The translations under genes and the position numbers were made by a program. DNA of 64,000 nucleotides from contig NW_003314278.1 in NCBI RefSeq assembly GCF_000143415.4, forward strand, positions 698,371 to 762,370. Direction: 5' to 3'. The notes beneath the pieces were generated by a model. That model was not told the origin of the DNA. It searched no databases and saw only the letters and a program-made list of their open reading frames with translations. The DNA is from Selaginella moellendorffii. Taxonomy: Eukaryota; Plantae; Lycopodiophyta. Below are positions 11,583 through 24,587 of this stretch, piece after piece; within the stretch, counting starts at the first letter, position 1, and each line of letters begins with the position of its first letter.

Positions 11583-12589
11583 CTCCCAACAATCTGCCTC
11601 TATCCTTCACTAGAACTAAGGAAAAAGCTTCGATACCAAATTGTAAGCCACAAATTTTTCCTTTTTAATTTGTCAACTCCTTGGCTTTAGTTAAGTTCCC
11701 TTGCCAAAGTTCCTAGCTATTGTACTAGCTTTTATTTGGTCTTACTTGGTTTTAGCTACTCACTACACAAACAATAGAGTGTTAGCCATCCATCCATGGA
11801 TTCCCAAATTTCTCCCAATCCCCTTCCTTGGGTTAGACTAGACTTAAGGTTTTGTTACACTCCCCGCAGGCACAAGCAGCCAAGCACACCAAGCCACAGG
11901 TTCCTAACATCCCTTAATATAACATGACTTGATTATGGGACCCCCTAAATCCCAAGCCTTGGGTGCACCATTTGCTTTGGGACACCAGGGGGAAACACCG
12001 TGGCCTAACGGCCTGGTATGGGTACCCCCACTCCCCCACTTCCATCCCAAAGGGAAGGCCCAAGCCTCTAGGAAGGGCAAGGACCAATGAGCTGCAAGGT
12101 ACTCAAGTGGGGCACCACTCCACATGAGCCGGGAGCACTGCAGTTGAGATTGGTTTCTGGACCTCACTATCCCTACTATATTTTTGGAACCCCTTGCAGC
12201 CCCCCCCCACCCCTTGGGAGACACACACTTTAGGCTTTCACCCCATGATTTGTATTAGTATTTGGACTTGATCTTGGACTCAATCTCGGACTCAACCTCG
12301 AACTCGGTCTCGGATTCGATTTCGGACTTGACCTTGGAGTCAGTCTCAGACTTGATCTTGGACCTGACCTTGGACTCTGTCTCGGACTCGATCTTGGACT
12401 CGGTTCTAGACCCGATCTCGAATCTTAGACTCGGTTTCAAACTCGGTCTCAAACTTGGTCTCGGACTTGGTCTTAAAGTCGGTCTAAAACTTGATCTCAG
12501 ACTCAATCTCATCCGGTAAATCTTTATCATTTTAATCCTGCTTTCAGGGATCTTTAAGCTTTTGACACCTCGGGGAGTTGTTTCCTTAC

Positions 12590-15500
12590 AGTGTGTTGAT
12601 GCAAGAGAGCCTGAGTGTGCCTGGTTAATGCCATCCCATTGCATATATCAGCCGTATATTACAACTAGCCGAAGTGAATTACTCCATGACAATGAAAGAG
12701 TGTTTAGCAATAGTTTAGACTTTCAAGAAACTTCATGCATATCTATATGGTTTTCATATGTTATTAAAAGGTGATCGTACCATAGTTACTTCATTATTGA
12801 AGTGGAAGAATTTAGTTGTATTGCTCGGTGCTCTTTGAAGCTTTAGATATATAATTTTGATGTTGTTCATTGCCTGGTGTAAGTGATTAATTTTTCTATT
12901 TTACTTTAGTCATTTAATTACACCTTTAACCATTTAGAGGATCCATAAGTCCTATTTAGGACATGGGGACATGCTAGCTCCGTAAATGACATTTATGCCA
13001 CTTAACCTTTACATTTGATCCAAGTACTCTATGTGTTTGATCCCATGACTTACATCTAAAGGCACTACTGACATATCAGCCCGTTACACTAAAACCATGC
13101 TTATTCACCCTTATCACATTGGTAGTCCAAGACCACTTGCATCACCATCCTATCTCTCAAAAACTAAGTCATCTATTCATGAGTGGTCATCCCTTGACCA
13201 CACTTTAGCACTCTTAGGATGCTCAGAGATATGGGGAACATCCTTCCTCAATATCCGTTCTTCTGTCCCTACCAAGTCCCTTTTCATCCATAGCCATGCT
13301 TGCCAACACTACCACTGGATCAAGGCTCAAAAGCCTAACCATTAAGTTTCATTATCCTCTGGGACTTCCTCACCATGTAACAATGTCCTTGGTCACTACA
13401 CTAGAGGATTGCTCTTTTTCCTTTCTATAGTTTGGGATTTTAGGATGACATTTCGAAACACCATGACCCTACGCAAGCCTCATAAGTACTCTCCCCAACT
13501 TCTGCCTTTATATGCTCTAACCATGTGGCTAGAGAAAGGTTCTGATAAGCCACACTAGGTATCTAAGTAAGTAGTGCCACCCACATTAGATTGAGAGCAT
13601 TAACCATTTGATCTCTTAGGGGAACTAAAGTTAGTTCTTGAATACTTCACCAAGCTACCTTACTTATCTATATTTATTCACTTTAGCCTTGGACTCCTCA
13701 ATGGTTATATCATCATTTAATATATGGGTCTAACTTTCCTTGGTCATACTGGCTTTTCTTGGCCAAATTGGCTCCACTAGAGTCTTCCCCCTACTATACT
13801 TTAGGAGCTCATCCCCTTAAGGTTTAGGAGACGATCATTTTGGGCTTTCACCCTCGGATTCAGACTTAGACTCGGTTTCGGTCTTAATCTTAGTCTTGGT
13901 CTCTTTCTTTGCCTTGACCTCAGACTCCATCTCAAGTCCATCTCGGGTTCATCTTGGACTCCATCTAGGGTCCATCTTGGGTCCATCTCGGATTCATATC
14001 AGACTCCATCTGGGGTCCATCTCAGACTCTATATCGGATTCCATCTCGAGTTCATCTTAGACTCCATCTCGTGTCCATCTCAGACTCCATCTTGAATCCA
14101 CTTCGGGTCCATCTTGGACTCCATCTCAAACTCTATCTCAGACTCTTTCTCATGTTTTATTTTGGACTTGTTTCTGACACTTCCATGTATCACAACACTT
14201 GCCATGTGTCAGTCCTTCTTGTATCCCTTTCTAGAAACTTATTCACTGATTGTTTCATGCTCATTTCTTAAGCACTTTATTTGGAGTTCCACTCCCACTC
14301 TTGACTTTCCAAATTAGAGCTTTTGGTCCAAATATGTTACACTTGTTGGACTTTCACTTTGACCACTATCATGTGACATCTTTTCGACTTTACTTTGGGG
14401 CTTAAGGATTTATGTCTCACAACTCCACCCATGAATGAAGTTCAATATCCTTATCAAACGATAAACCATTTTATAAAGTAACACCATCATGTGTTACCCT
14501 TTTCATCCTTAATACCAAGTTAATATTTGATGATGGTTTGACACCAAACGCTCACTAAGCCTTGCCCATCCTCTAAGGAGCATAGTCTCTCCAACTTAAA
14601 GACTCATTAGACCACTTATGATAGTTCTTTCCCTTCATTAGTTTAGGTTTTGCTAAACTTGTTAAAGACACCTTCTCTATCTCAATCCCACTATTCATTT
14701 TTGAGTAGTTTCTGCTTTTATTAATATAACCATCACACTTTAGAACTTTCATTCACCATGTCCTTGGTGTCAATTGCACCAAAGTGTTTAAGTTAAATAT
14801 GCTAAGCTTTCGCACTAAGCAATCTAACTGTGCTTGGCAGCGTGCCTAAACCAGCCTCTTCATTAAGAGTCCATGACCATTGAAAAATGAGTGTTTTCAT
14901 GATCCAAACTATCTAGTGAGTTGGGACTCGAACCCAAACACTAAAGGGTTGGGACTCGAACCTAACCTTTGTATATGCATTTATAAATAGCATCACCCAG
15001 GATGCCTGGCGTGACTCTCTACACCAGTGCACCAACTTATACCCAAAGCACATTATGGATCATAGCTTTTAAAAGGTAAAGCTATTAAAGTTGGGGAAGT
15101 AGTTCCTGAGTGTTTAAAGAGATGGCTTTGAATAAAAGTCAATAGTTAAGGACTTACATATTTATGTATAAAACTATGTTATGCTAGTTGGGTGACTTGT
15201 TAATTGATATTGGCAAATGAGGGGAATGAAGACCCTAGTTGAAGGTGTTGACTTCAAAAGGGGTCGCATATAGGGCTAAACATGGAGGAGTCCATGCATG
15301 ATCACAGACTTGTTAAGTGAGAAGATTTGGCAGTTCAAAAAAACTAGGTTCCTCAAGCTTCAAGATCATACTTCTGCTATGCTACTTTGATTTTGCATGT
15401 TTCTATAAAACATTTACACTTATCTTTCTAGGTATTAACTTACTTAGAATCATCTTTAGGAACCTTAAAGGGACTTTGTCCCTTAGCTTGCTAAAGCTTC

Positions 15501-18500
15501 TCCTTTCTCAAGTTTTTTAATTGCCATATGGTTTAATATAGCCAATTTCATACTTTAAACTCTTCATAGTATCACAGTTGTTAGTAATAACACCTTCGAG
15601 CACTTATTTGATTCTCCACTCTCAATTTACATAACCATCCTTAGTTATATCTTTCAACTTTTATGATTCGGTTTTATCCTTTTATTATTTGCTTTTGGCT
15701 TTATATGTTTCTTTTGGTTATTCTCCTCCCAACTAGGAGGGTAGCTTTGCATTTTCTACCATACTTTAGCAAAATATTCTTAAAGATGAACCTACTCAAT
15801 GATTTAGGGAGTGGTTTTTCAAACTGGATATGCTTACTGTGTAATCCCACACACTAAAATTAATATCGCTACACATAGGCCTCTTTATACCCATTGCTAG
15901 CCCTGCTAAAAAAAAATTTAGCCCTCTTTATGCCCATTGCTAGCTTTGCCAAGATTTTTTTTGGCTTTGTCCAATTTTGGATAGACGGGCTTTTCCCATT
16001 TCTACCTTTTCACTACTTTAGACATTGGATAACACTTTGTATCTATTATTCTTTAAGGACTTAGTCCTTAGGGCCTTATTTAATGCCCTAAACACCACTT
16101 CTTGGGTGTTCAAGCATGCTTAGATGTCCTAATAATAGACTTCTTTAACAATGAGCATTTTCTTTTATGGCCTTGATTCACTATATTGTAATATAAGTAA
16201 TTTATCCCCTGAGGGATATATCTATTTTCCTTTTTATCCCAATAGGAAGTTTTGAGAAGTTGATTTCCACTACTTCAATTAGTGCTTACTTGCCTTATAG
16301 TCATCAAGTTTTATAACTCATTACTAATTCTTCCACACCTTCATCATTATTTGGGTCCACACACTTAAATCATATGCCTTTTAGTTTAAATTATATCAAT
16401 CTTGTTTTTATTGGGATTCCTTTGGGAAAAAGTTCTTATAAACCAACTAATTTGACTTCAAGGCCTCATCCCTTGAAACACTTGGGGTTTCCACCCCATT
16501 ATTTCCACAAGCCTACTTTCATGACACTTTTCACTTGTGTTTAGGTTTTTGTTAAGACCAAAGTAGTTATTTCTCATACCAACTATCAGTTAGTATTACA
16601 CTATAACATTTATACACAACTTTGCACCAAAGTTGTTTTCTTCCAGGAATACCTTTCCCATGACTTTAGTATAGTATATTCATTAATGAAATACTCTATA
16701 CTTGGATTTTATGATCTTCCCCATCCTTCGTATGGTAAAACACACCTCAGTACAAATGTTTCCACTGATCTTTTAGGACCATTCTTTGATTCCACTTGAG
16801 TCATTCAGCTTTTTGGACTTTGCTAATCTGAGATGTTAATCATAAGGTCCTAGCCTCATGACTACTTTTGAGATGCTAGTTCATTGGAATACAACTTTTT
16901 GTATTCATATCTTACTCACAAGGACCATCTTGGCAATTGTTAATCCAACACTTAATGATACTTTATTCTATATGGGCTACTTTCACCCCTTAGGACTATC
17001 TGTCCATATAATAAAAATACTAACTCATTCTCTAAATACACAACTTTTTAGGTTGTTCCAACATTTATTAAAGGTAGCCCTATCTACCATTTCAAGAACT
17101 TATGTCTTTATCCGTATTTGACCTCCTACTATCACCAACTCCAGTCTAAATTTTTAAACACCATCCTCAACTATATGAGGATAACCTTATGACTCCTTTA
17201 TCATCTAAGAGTTTCCATTATTCCCATAATCTCAATTGTAGTTGTTTACCACAACTATACTAGTCAATTTACTAAGTTAAATTATAGATCACATCCTTAA
17301 CTCAAAAAATCTTCTACTATTCCTAAAATCCCAAATCATTCTCTTATTAGCCCCTTTCTATCCACCATATTGCCTACCAGTTCACACATGAACTATAGGG
17401 GAGTGCTATATCTTCCTGACCTACTACTCCTCAAGTATAACCCCACTTCTGCAACATTCAAATATCACTATCAAATGATGATATACTTAACTGTCAATAA
17501 GTGTTAGACTAAGGAATAGCTCCAATACCAAATTGTAAGTGAGTAATTTTTCCATTTACTTTAGTCACTTAACCACATATTTCATCATTTGGAGGAGTTT
17601 CACTCACAACCTCCATAAGTCCTATTCAGTATTTGGGGATATGCTAACCCTATGAATAGCATCTATGCCATTTAAACTTTGCATTTGGTCCAAGTGCTTC
17701 ATATGTCTGAGCCCATGACTGACACCTAAAGGTACTATTGATATATCAGCCTATTATGCTAAGGCCATGCTCATTCACCCTTGTCATATTGATAGTCCAA
17801 AACCACTTGCATCACCGTTCTATCTCTCAAAAATTAGGCAATCCATCCATGAGTGGTCATCCCTTGACCACATTTTAGCACTCTTAGGATGCTCAAAGAT
17901 ATAAAGAACGCCCTTCCCTAATAACTCTTCCTCTATCCTCACCAAGTCCCTCTTCATCCATGGTTTTGCTCGTTAAGATTGCCACTGGGTTAACACCCAA
18001 AAGCCTGACCAAAAAGCCTGACCACTAATTCCCATTGTCCTCTGGGCCTTCCTCACCATGTAACTATATCCTTGGTCACTACACTAGAAGATTGCTCTTC
18101 TTCTTTTCCATAGTTTGGGACTTTGGGATGATATTTCTAAACACTATGGCCCTATGCAAACTTCATGGGTATTCTCCCCACTTTCCACCTTTAAATGCCT
18201 TAGCCATATGGCTAAAACAAGGTTTTGATAAGCCACACTAAGTATTAAAGTAGATGATATTACTTATATTGTATTAAAAGTATTGACCATTCAATCTCCT
18301 AAGGGAGCTAAAGCTGACTTTTGAACATTTCACTAAGTTACCCCACTTGTTTGTCCGTATTCATTCTATCCTTGGACTCTTTAATGGTTATATCATCACC
18401 CAACACAAAAGTCTAGCCTTCCTTGGTCACACTAGCCTTTCCTAGTCAAATTGGCTCCACTAGAGTTTGGACTCGAACTCAGACTCGGACTCGGTTCGAA

Positions 18501-19240
18501 CTCAAACTCGGATTTGGACTCGGTCTTGGTCTTGGTCTCAGTGTTGGTCTCAGTCTTGATCTCTTTCTCAGCCTCAACCTTAGACTCCATCTCAAGTCCA
18601 TCTCAGACTCGACCTTGGACTCCATCTCAAGTCCATCTCGAACTCCATTTTGGGTCCATCTCGGGTCTATCTCGGGTTCATCTCGGATTCATATTGGACT
18701 CCATTTTGGACTTCATCTTGGGTCCATCTCATACTCCATTTCGAACTCTATCTTGGGTCCATTTTGGACTCCATCTTGTGTCCATCTCAAACTCCATCTC
18801 AAGTCAATTTTGGGTCCATCTTAGACTCCTCAACTCCTTCTCAAATTCCTTCTCAGACTTCATTTTAGACTCCATCTCAGACTCTTTCTTGAGTCCCATT
18901 TTGGATTCGTTCCTAACACTTCCATATGTCACAACACTCGCCATGTGTTAATCCTTCTTGGATCTCTTTTTAGAGATTCATTCACTAATTGCTTCATGTT
19001 TATTCTTTGAGCACTTTGTTTGGAGTTCCACTCCCGCTCTCAGCTTTCCAAGTTAGAGCTTTTGGTTCAAACATGTTACAGTTGTTGGACTTCTACTTCG
19101 ACCACTACCATATGGCACCTTTTCGGCTCTACTTTGGGGCTTAGGGATTTATGTCTCACATTGGGAGTTTTATGGCTGATGCTAATGACTTTTCTTGAAT
19201 TCTTCTTCCTTCTTCGCTCTCTTGTCATATTTTTTACGAA
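12590..19240 (+). pseudogene. Old gypsy RNase H remnant (12590-12877 plus 19161-~19240), same family as the element at 61117-64000, split by an insertion
   Basis: 12590-12877 matches the reverse complement of ~62865-63155 (GTGTTGATGCAAGAGA...GATGTTGTTCAT). The match resumes right after 19160 (GGGAGTTTTATGGCTGATGCT). Confidence 0.85.
12878..19160 (-). mobile_element. Older, diverged copy of the non-autonomous array-LTR element
   Basis: LTRs 12878-14421 and 17534-19160 are reverse-complement homologs of 8232-9961. PBS TGGTATTGGAGC at 17519-17530 (-), PPT at 14422-14433 (-), degenerate TSD CTGG/TTGG, heavy AT-shifted decay. Confidence 0.88.
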
Positions 19241-20519
19241 CTAATATAAGTGCATATATTTATGGTGAATTGGAGCCTTCAAGGTTTTTAGAATATGTTC
19301 TAATTACTTTAAGAAGTTTTTAATATCACATCAACCTTGGTTTAAACTGATTTTACCTTACAAAAACATATAAAATAACATCATATTCTTATTGTTTTAC
19401 TATAATCTAAAATCCATATTCTCAAAACTTTGATTAATATATATAATACTAATGCTAATATATATAAATGCTTAGAGTTTTATATTTTAATTAAAGTAAA
19501 TTTTAAATTTGAAGAGAACACTTTACAACCACAATTACAAGCTCAACCTTAATGCTTTTCCCAAGAAGTTATACAAATAAAAATAATAAATGTACAAGAT
19601 TATAAATATTTGGTCAAAGGAAGAAAATGCAATATACTTAAAGACATTACAATTGAAGGTGAAGATTAAAAAAGTGTCAACATAAAATAGCAATACAACA
19701 AAAGTATACAGTTCTCAATTATAAAATGATATGGTAAATGGGAAGGTTCACAACATCACAATCAACTAACACTTAAATTACACTTGCACATACTTTCTTC
19801 AATGTTAGATTTTTAGTAAATCTATTACAAATATATATATTTTATATATAATATACTTCTTAGGATGGATCTAAATATTAACCTTTGGATTCATCACTTT
19901 GCAATATTCAAATATAAAGTGTTTGTGACATTGAAAAAGAATTAAATATTAATATTTTATTCAAATTTAGTATAATTAAAATTAAAGTTTTATTTATAAA
20001 TCACAGCTAATTCTTATAATTACACTTATTTTATGCTAATAATAAATTATTTAATATAAATATATATTATAGAATGCTAAATTATATATTTATTATAAAT
20101 AAAAATTATTAATTTAATATTAAAATAATAAATTAGTTTTTAAATTTGGACGCAAAACCTCTATTAATAGCAACTATTGCTGCTAAAATTAAATACTGGT
20201 AGTTTACCCAGATCTAAAACTTTTTAAAATTATTAATTATGTTTGAAATATCTGCTTAATACAGATAATAATGCCGCTAAAATCTTAACAAAATATTTTT
20301 TATTGTACCAGAATATTCAAAGAATATTCGAGTCAACAGTGTAGATGGTAACTTTGTATTAATCAGTGAAATGTACAAAAAATTGGACCAGTTGCCATCA
20401 AGTGCTTGCAAATAAAAGCTCACTCTATTTCCAACTAGGAGAACACCAGCTTCTTGTCTACGAGTAGTCTTAAGTCTACATATTATGTTGCAATACTCCA
20501 ATATATTATACATCTTGAG

Positions 20520-20900
20520 GCAGGCCCCAACAACATCCTGTGGGCCAAATCTTACAACATTTGCATGGAGTTGCTCGTGGAATTCACGAGGACAATTCTT
20601 CTTAGGTTTAAAATTTGGGGGTTGCTAAAACGGTAGTGTAAGGCTGGAGCTACACGTGGAGGGCCGGGTAGCAAAGTCATTTCTGCTGGAATGTAAAAAC
20701 TCTATTAAGTGAATTCATTCATGAGTGAACATTTTCAACGGGCTTGGGAGCTATATGAGGAGCGTCGATGGGTGGATCTGTCGACGAGAAACTTGTTCCA
20801 GAGACATGCCCAAAGGAAGAGCTGCAGAGGGTGCTGACAATTTCGTTGATCTGCAGTGGCCCATCCGGCAATGTCGTGGGTGGTGGCCATGCTACTTGGA
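20520..20900 (+). pseudogene. Receptor-like kinase pseudogene fragment
   Basis: Frameshifted pieces ILWAKSYNICM/VARGI (subdomain VIa-like) and RAWELYEERRWVDL/VDEKLVPETCPKEELQRVLTISLIC (subdomain X-XI-like); no intact ORF. Confidence 0.65.
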
Positions 20901-22363
20901 GACATTGCGCCCACCTTGGATATCACAAGGCTTCTAGACTTCAGCAAGGTCACTTCTTAAAAGTTAAAGGCCTTTACATTTAAATAGTAATCTTCTATCA
21001 TAGTTTAGAGATTATAAACTAATCCATAAAATGTGTGGGAACAAAAGGACGCAGGCGCAGCATGGGGAAAAAGGAACCTTCACTTCACGCCTAGGCAGAC
21101 AAGACGAAACTGGGACAGAACTATAGCTCGTCTAGAATGTATATAGATCAGATCATCTCCTGACCAGATCTTAATATTTTTTCTTCACTAATATAGAATT
21201 CAGAAGAAAAACACATTTAAAAAACAAGTGAGTCAGGCGAGTGGTACCAAACAGGTTTTTTCCTCGTGGGGCTTTTTTTCTTCGTAGCTTCCATTTTTTC
21301 TAGTTGCCGTACCACTTTTTCCGGGGGTACAGTACCATGGGTTTTAACAAATGCCTGAAGAGCTCTTGAATGCTCGATCCAAGCAGCAGGAATGTCGTGA
21401 GGGTGAATGGATCCGTCAGTGTTCGATTCCCTGCGGCATCAACCCTCATAGGTTTGGAAATCCTGATGGGGATTTTTGCTAAAGAAAAAGGGAGCTTAAA
21501 TGCTGGACATGATCGACCTTGCACATGAAAGAGTTTGGTGCAATCCAGCACTAGATAAAAAGTATAAAGCGAAGAAAAACAAGGCTGGGAGCCATCGGGA
21601 GAGAATAGTGTGCGAGAAAATACGAACATTGGAAGCACATACATTGGATTTCTTTTCGCCGCTCTTTCGTCCTCGTGTTCCTCCAAACACCTCAAAACAA
21701 AGCGTCGGCTCTAAACTAAGGCCAAAAGCCGAGAGAAAAGCTCTTCTCGTGTATAATAGTCTGATTTAATAGCATTGTTGGTTGCTTAGCCAACCCGCCT
21801 GATTAAACAATTGGAATCTCCTTACGCTTGCATGTGCTTGAAAACATAATTCTATGATCATTTGATAAATCTATACATTGTTGTTAGATCATGGTATGGG
21901 ATGTCCTAATGGGCCATGGCCCAAAACATCATTATCCATGCATGCGCATCCATGCACGCCATCTAATGTATCATCATGCTGTCATTTAACGGCACTGTTA
22001 ACTAAAGAAGGCTTAACTAAACCATGGGGGTCAATGGGAGGCTAGGGTACTTTATTTCCTCTCTAAATTGGCGTTTGGGGAGAAGCCAGGCGGAGGCGAC
22101 GACGACGAAGAGCCTCGGCCTCGATCGATCTCGATGCGCTGGTACTGTTCTAGCTAGATTATCGGCAATCGGCAGCATTCGCGAGAGAGCTGGATGATTC
22201 TTGCTCGTTTCTTGGATCCCAGATTAGATTTCGCGTCGGCGTGGGAGCTGCCACCGCTTAGTGCCTGGAATTTCGTCCGTTCGAGGGAATTCGGTCGGTT
22301 TTCTTCCGGGATCGAAGGGCAATCGTCGTGATCGGCTGCCAGTCGCCGCATTTCTCTCCCGGG

Positions 22364-23122
22364 ATGATGAAGGGAGAGGAGAATATCGCCATGGACAAGT
22401 CGAAATCCAAGAGCGGCAGCGATGGCGCAGCATCGGACCAGAAGAAGCTGGAGAGCTCGCCGAGTTCCAGGGATCCTTCCAAGTACGCGGCCTTCTCGGC
22501 CATGTTTCCCTTCTCCAGGACCACATCCAATCGCCACAAGAAGCTCTTCTCGGCCTTCCGCTCCTTCTTCCACTTCCTGCCCGTCCAGATCGCGTGCCGC
22601 CGGATGTCACTTCCCGGAGGGCCGTCCGAGTCCTCCGCTCTAGGGAGCCGCGTCACTGGCACTCTCTTTGGCAACAGGAAAGGCCATGTCCACTTCGCGG
22701 TGCAAGAGGATCCAAAGTCACCTCCAGTGCTGCTGCTGGAACTTACCACTCCAACGAGTACGCTGGTGAAAGAGATGGCGTCCGGGCTTGTCAGGATTGC
22801 TCTAGAATGCGAGAGGACGATGAATCGGGGGAAGCTCTTCCTGGAGCAAGTGTGGACGATGTACTGCAACGGCAGGAAGAGTGGCTACGCTCTGCGGAGG
22901 ATTTGCTCCGATTCAGATCTACAGATACTGAGGATGGTCCAGGCGGTTTCGATGGGTGCCGGGGTTTTGCCAATGGACGAGGAAGGGGCTGATGGCGAGC
23001 TCATGTATATGAGAGCCCGCTTCGAGAGGGTGGTGGGATCAAAGGACTCGGAAGCGTTTTACATGATGAATCCGGATGGAACTGGGGGACCCGAGCTAAG
23101 TATCTTTCTGTTGCGGATCTGA
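22364..23122 (+). CDS. MIZ1-like: MIZU-KUSSEI 1-like protein (DUF617), intronless
   Basis: RVTGTLFGNRKGHVHFAVQEDP...LVKEMASGLVRIALECE...WTMYCNGRKSGYA...YMRARFERVVGSKDSEAFYMMNPDGTGGPELSIFLLRI. Confidence 0.93.
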   Translation: MMKGEENIAMDKSKSKSGSDGAASDQKKLESSPSSRDPSKYAAFSAMFPFSRTTSNRHKKLFSAFRSFFHFLPVQIACRRMSLPGGPSESSALGSRVTGTLFGNRKGHVHFAVQEDPKSPPVLLLELTTPTSTLVKEMASGLVRIALECERTMNRGKLFLEQVWTMYCNGRKSGYALRRICSDSDLQILRMVQAVSMGAGVLPMDEEGADGELMYMRARFERVVGSKDSEAFYMMNPDGTGGPELSIFLLRI

Positions 23123-23814
23123 GGAAACTAACAAAACAGGGGTGGCAGAGAACAAAAAAACACTCCAACACTACAGCAGTCAGTCAGTTTTGGGTTGGGT
23201 GGCACTTTAAATCGCAACGATAGTCTAGGCACACGACAAAGACGCATTTACACAGATACACAACTTCGTAGCGGGAGTTACTCGGGCAGTCAGTGAGTCA
23301 GTTGAAAGCTTCTTGGCGGCTGTCACGGAGGGATTGGTTTCGGCCCCGTGGTGTTGGTTGGAGCCGCATCTTTGAGCCGAGATAAAAGACATTGATGACA
23401 ACAACAGCCGAATCACTATATAGTTCGATAGGAGGAAATGGCCGCCCAGTTACAACTTTCTCAAAGCTACCCCGAAGCATCAGATCGACCGACAGCATTG
23501 CGAGAATGTGAGACACCGGAGATGGAGAAAGCTATAGGTAGCTAGCTTATTTGGCTACTTGGTTGGTGGATGCTGGGAAACGTTCGAAAGTGATAGACCT
23601 TTGGCTGTTACGACGACTGCGACCGTGATAGTATGTGTGACAGAGAGGCAAACACGAACTTTCGATACGGGACCAGTAAGACACCAGGGCAGCAGCCGGT
23701 TAAATCTTTGTAGATATGATGGCTCCTTGGATACCCTCTGCTTGTCCGGCACCAAAGTCGAGGAGTTCGCCCTTGGTAGGGCGCAGTCCATTCAGACGAA
23801 AGCTCTTGTTTGCT

Positions 23815-24587
23815 ATGGCGATGACCGCCAAGGCGAAAGTGAAGCTTCTGACTTTGGCCATTGTTCACAAGGACGGACGAGTTCTTCTTGGTATGAAGAA
23901 GCGCGGGTATGGCTTTGTGCTTGTTGGTTCTGGCACTCATCTAAGTTTTCGTGTGTAGGTTCGGAGAAGGGTATTTCAATGGGTTTGGTGGGAAGGTAGA
24001 GGACGGGGAGACGATTGAACAGGCGGCGGCAAGAGAGGTTTGTTTGGGCTGTTTTATAGGCACGAGAAAGTGAGAATCTTATTAATGTGGTTTGGTTTTG
24101 TAGCTGGAGGAAGAAGCTGGAATTACTCCCACGAAAATGGACAAGCGTGGCATTCTCACTTTCCATTTCGACGACAAGCCAGTGCCATGGGAGGTAAGAT
24201 TGGCGGCTTTCAGGAGTTTTCTTGTGTAAATACTTCGCCGTTTTGTTCATGTTTAGGTCCATGTTTACCATGTCGAGCATTTTGTTGGCGATCCTTGCGA
24301 AACAGAAGAAATGTCCCCGCGTTGGTTCTTAACTCAAGACATCCCCTTTGGTAAGATTGACCTTTGGAACTGTTCGGTTTCTTAGTTTTTTATTTTTCTT
24401 TTCCAGACAAAATGTGGAAGGACGATCCCATCTGGTACCCCCACTTTCTTCAAGGTAAGCAGTGCACGGTATTTGTTTTATCTGAGCTCTTGTCTGTGAA
24501 GCAGGATCAATGTTTCGAGGCAGTTTTGTTTTCGAAAACACACACGATCTGGTTTCACACAGCTTTGAGATCGTCTCTGCTCTCTAG
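23815..24587 (+). CDS. MTH1/NUDT1-type 8-oxo-dGTP diphosphatase (Nudix), ~6 exons
   Basis: Spliced translation KLLTLAIVHKDGRVLLGMKKRG|FGEGYFNGFGGKVEDGETIEQAAARE|LEEEAG...|VHVY...ETEEMSPRWF..DIPF|DKMWKDDPIWYP contains the Nudix box plus MTH1-specific flanks. Confidence 0.88.

Larger units (their letters stand above)
552..12561 (-). mobile_element. Decayed chromoviral Ty3/gypsy retrotransposon (Galadriel/Tcn1-type), interrupted by a nested element at 4758-9961
   Basis: Homologous LTR segments lie at 552-~1400 and 11642-~12561. The tRNA-Met PBS TGGTATCGAAGC is at 11627-11638 (-) and a PPT at ~1401-1416 (-). Domain order is gag, zinc knuckle CFNCGEVGQFLREC, protease IFIDIGA, RT, RNase H, integrase, chromodomain, with many stops. 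Confidence 0.9.

Noticed and set aside
14915-14970. Possible tRNA gene
   Set aside because: Only B-box/T-arm motifs are present; I could not build a cloverleaf or find an A-box.
19240-20280. Very AT-rich kilobase (also 48480-49100), possible Helitron or MITE
   Set aside because: No terminal inverted repeats, TSD or 3' hairpin-CTRR end could be identified by eye.
21300-21770. Coding-like stretch MLDPSSRNVVRVNG.../LDMIDLAHERVWCNPALDKKY
   Set aside because: It needs a frameshift and matches no family I recognise; possibly a pseudogene relic, but unsupported.
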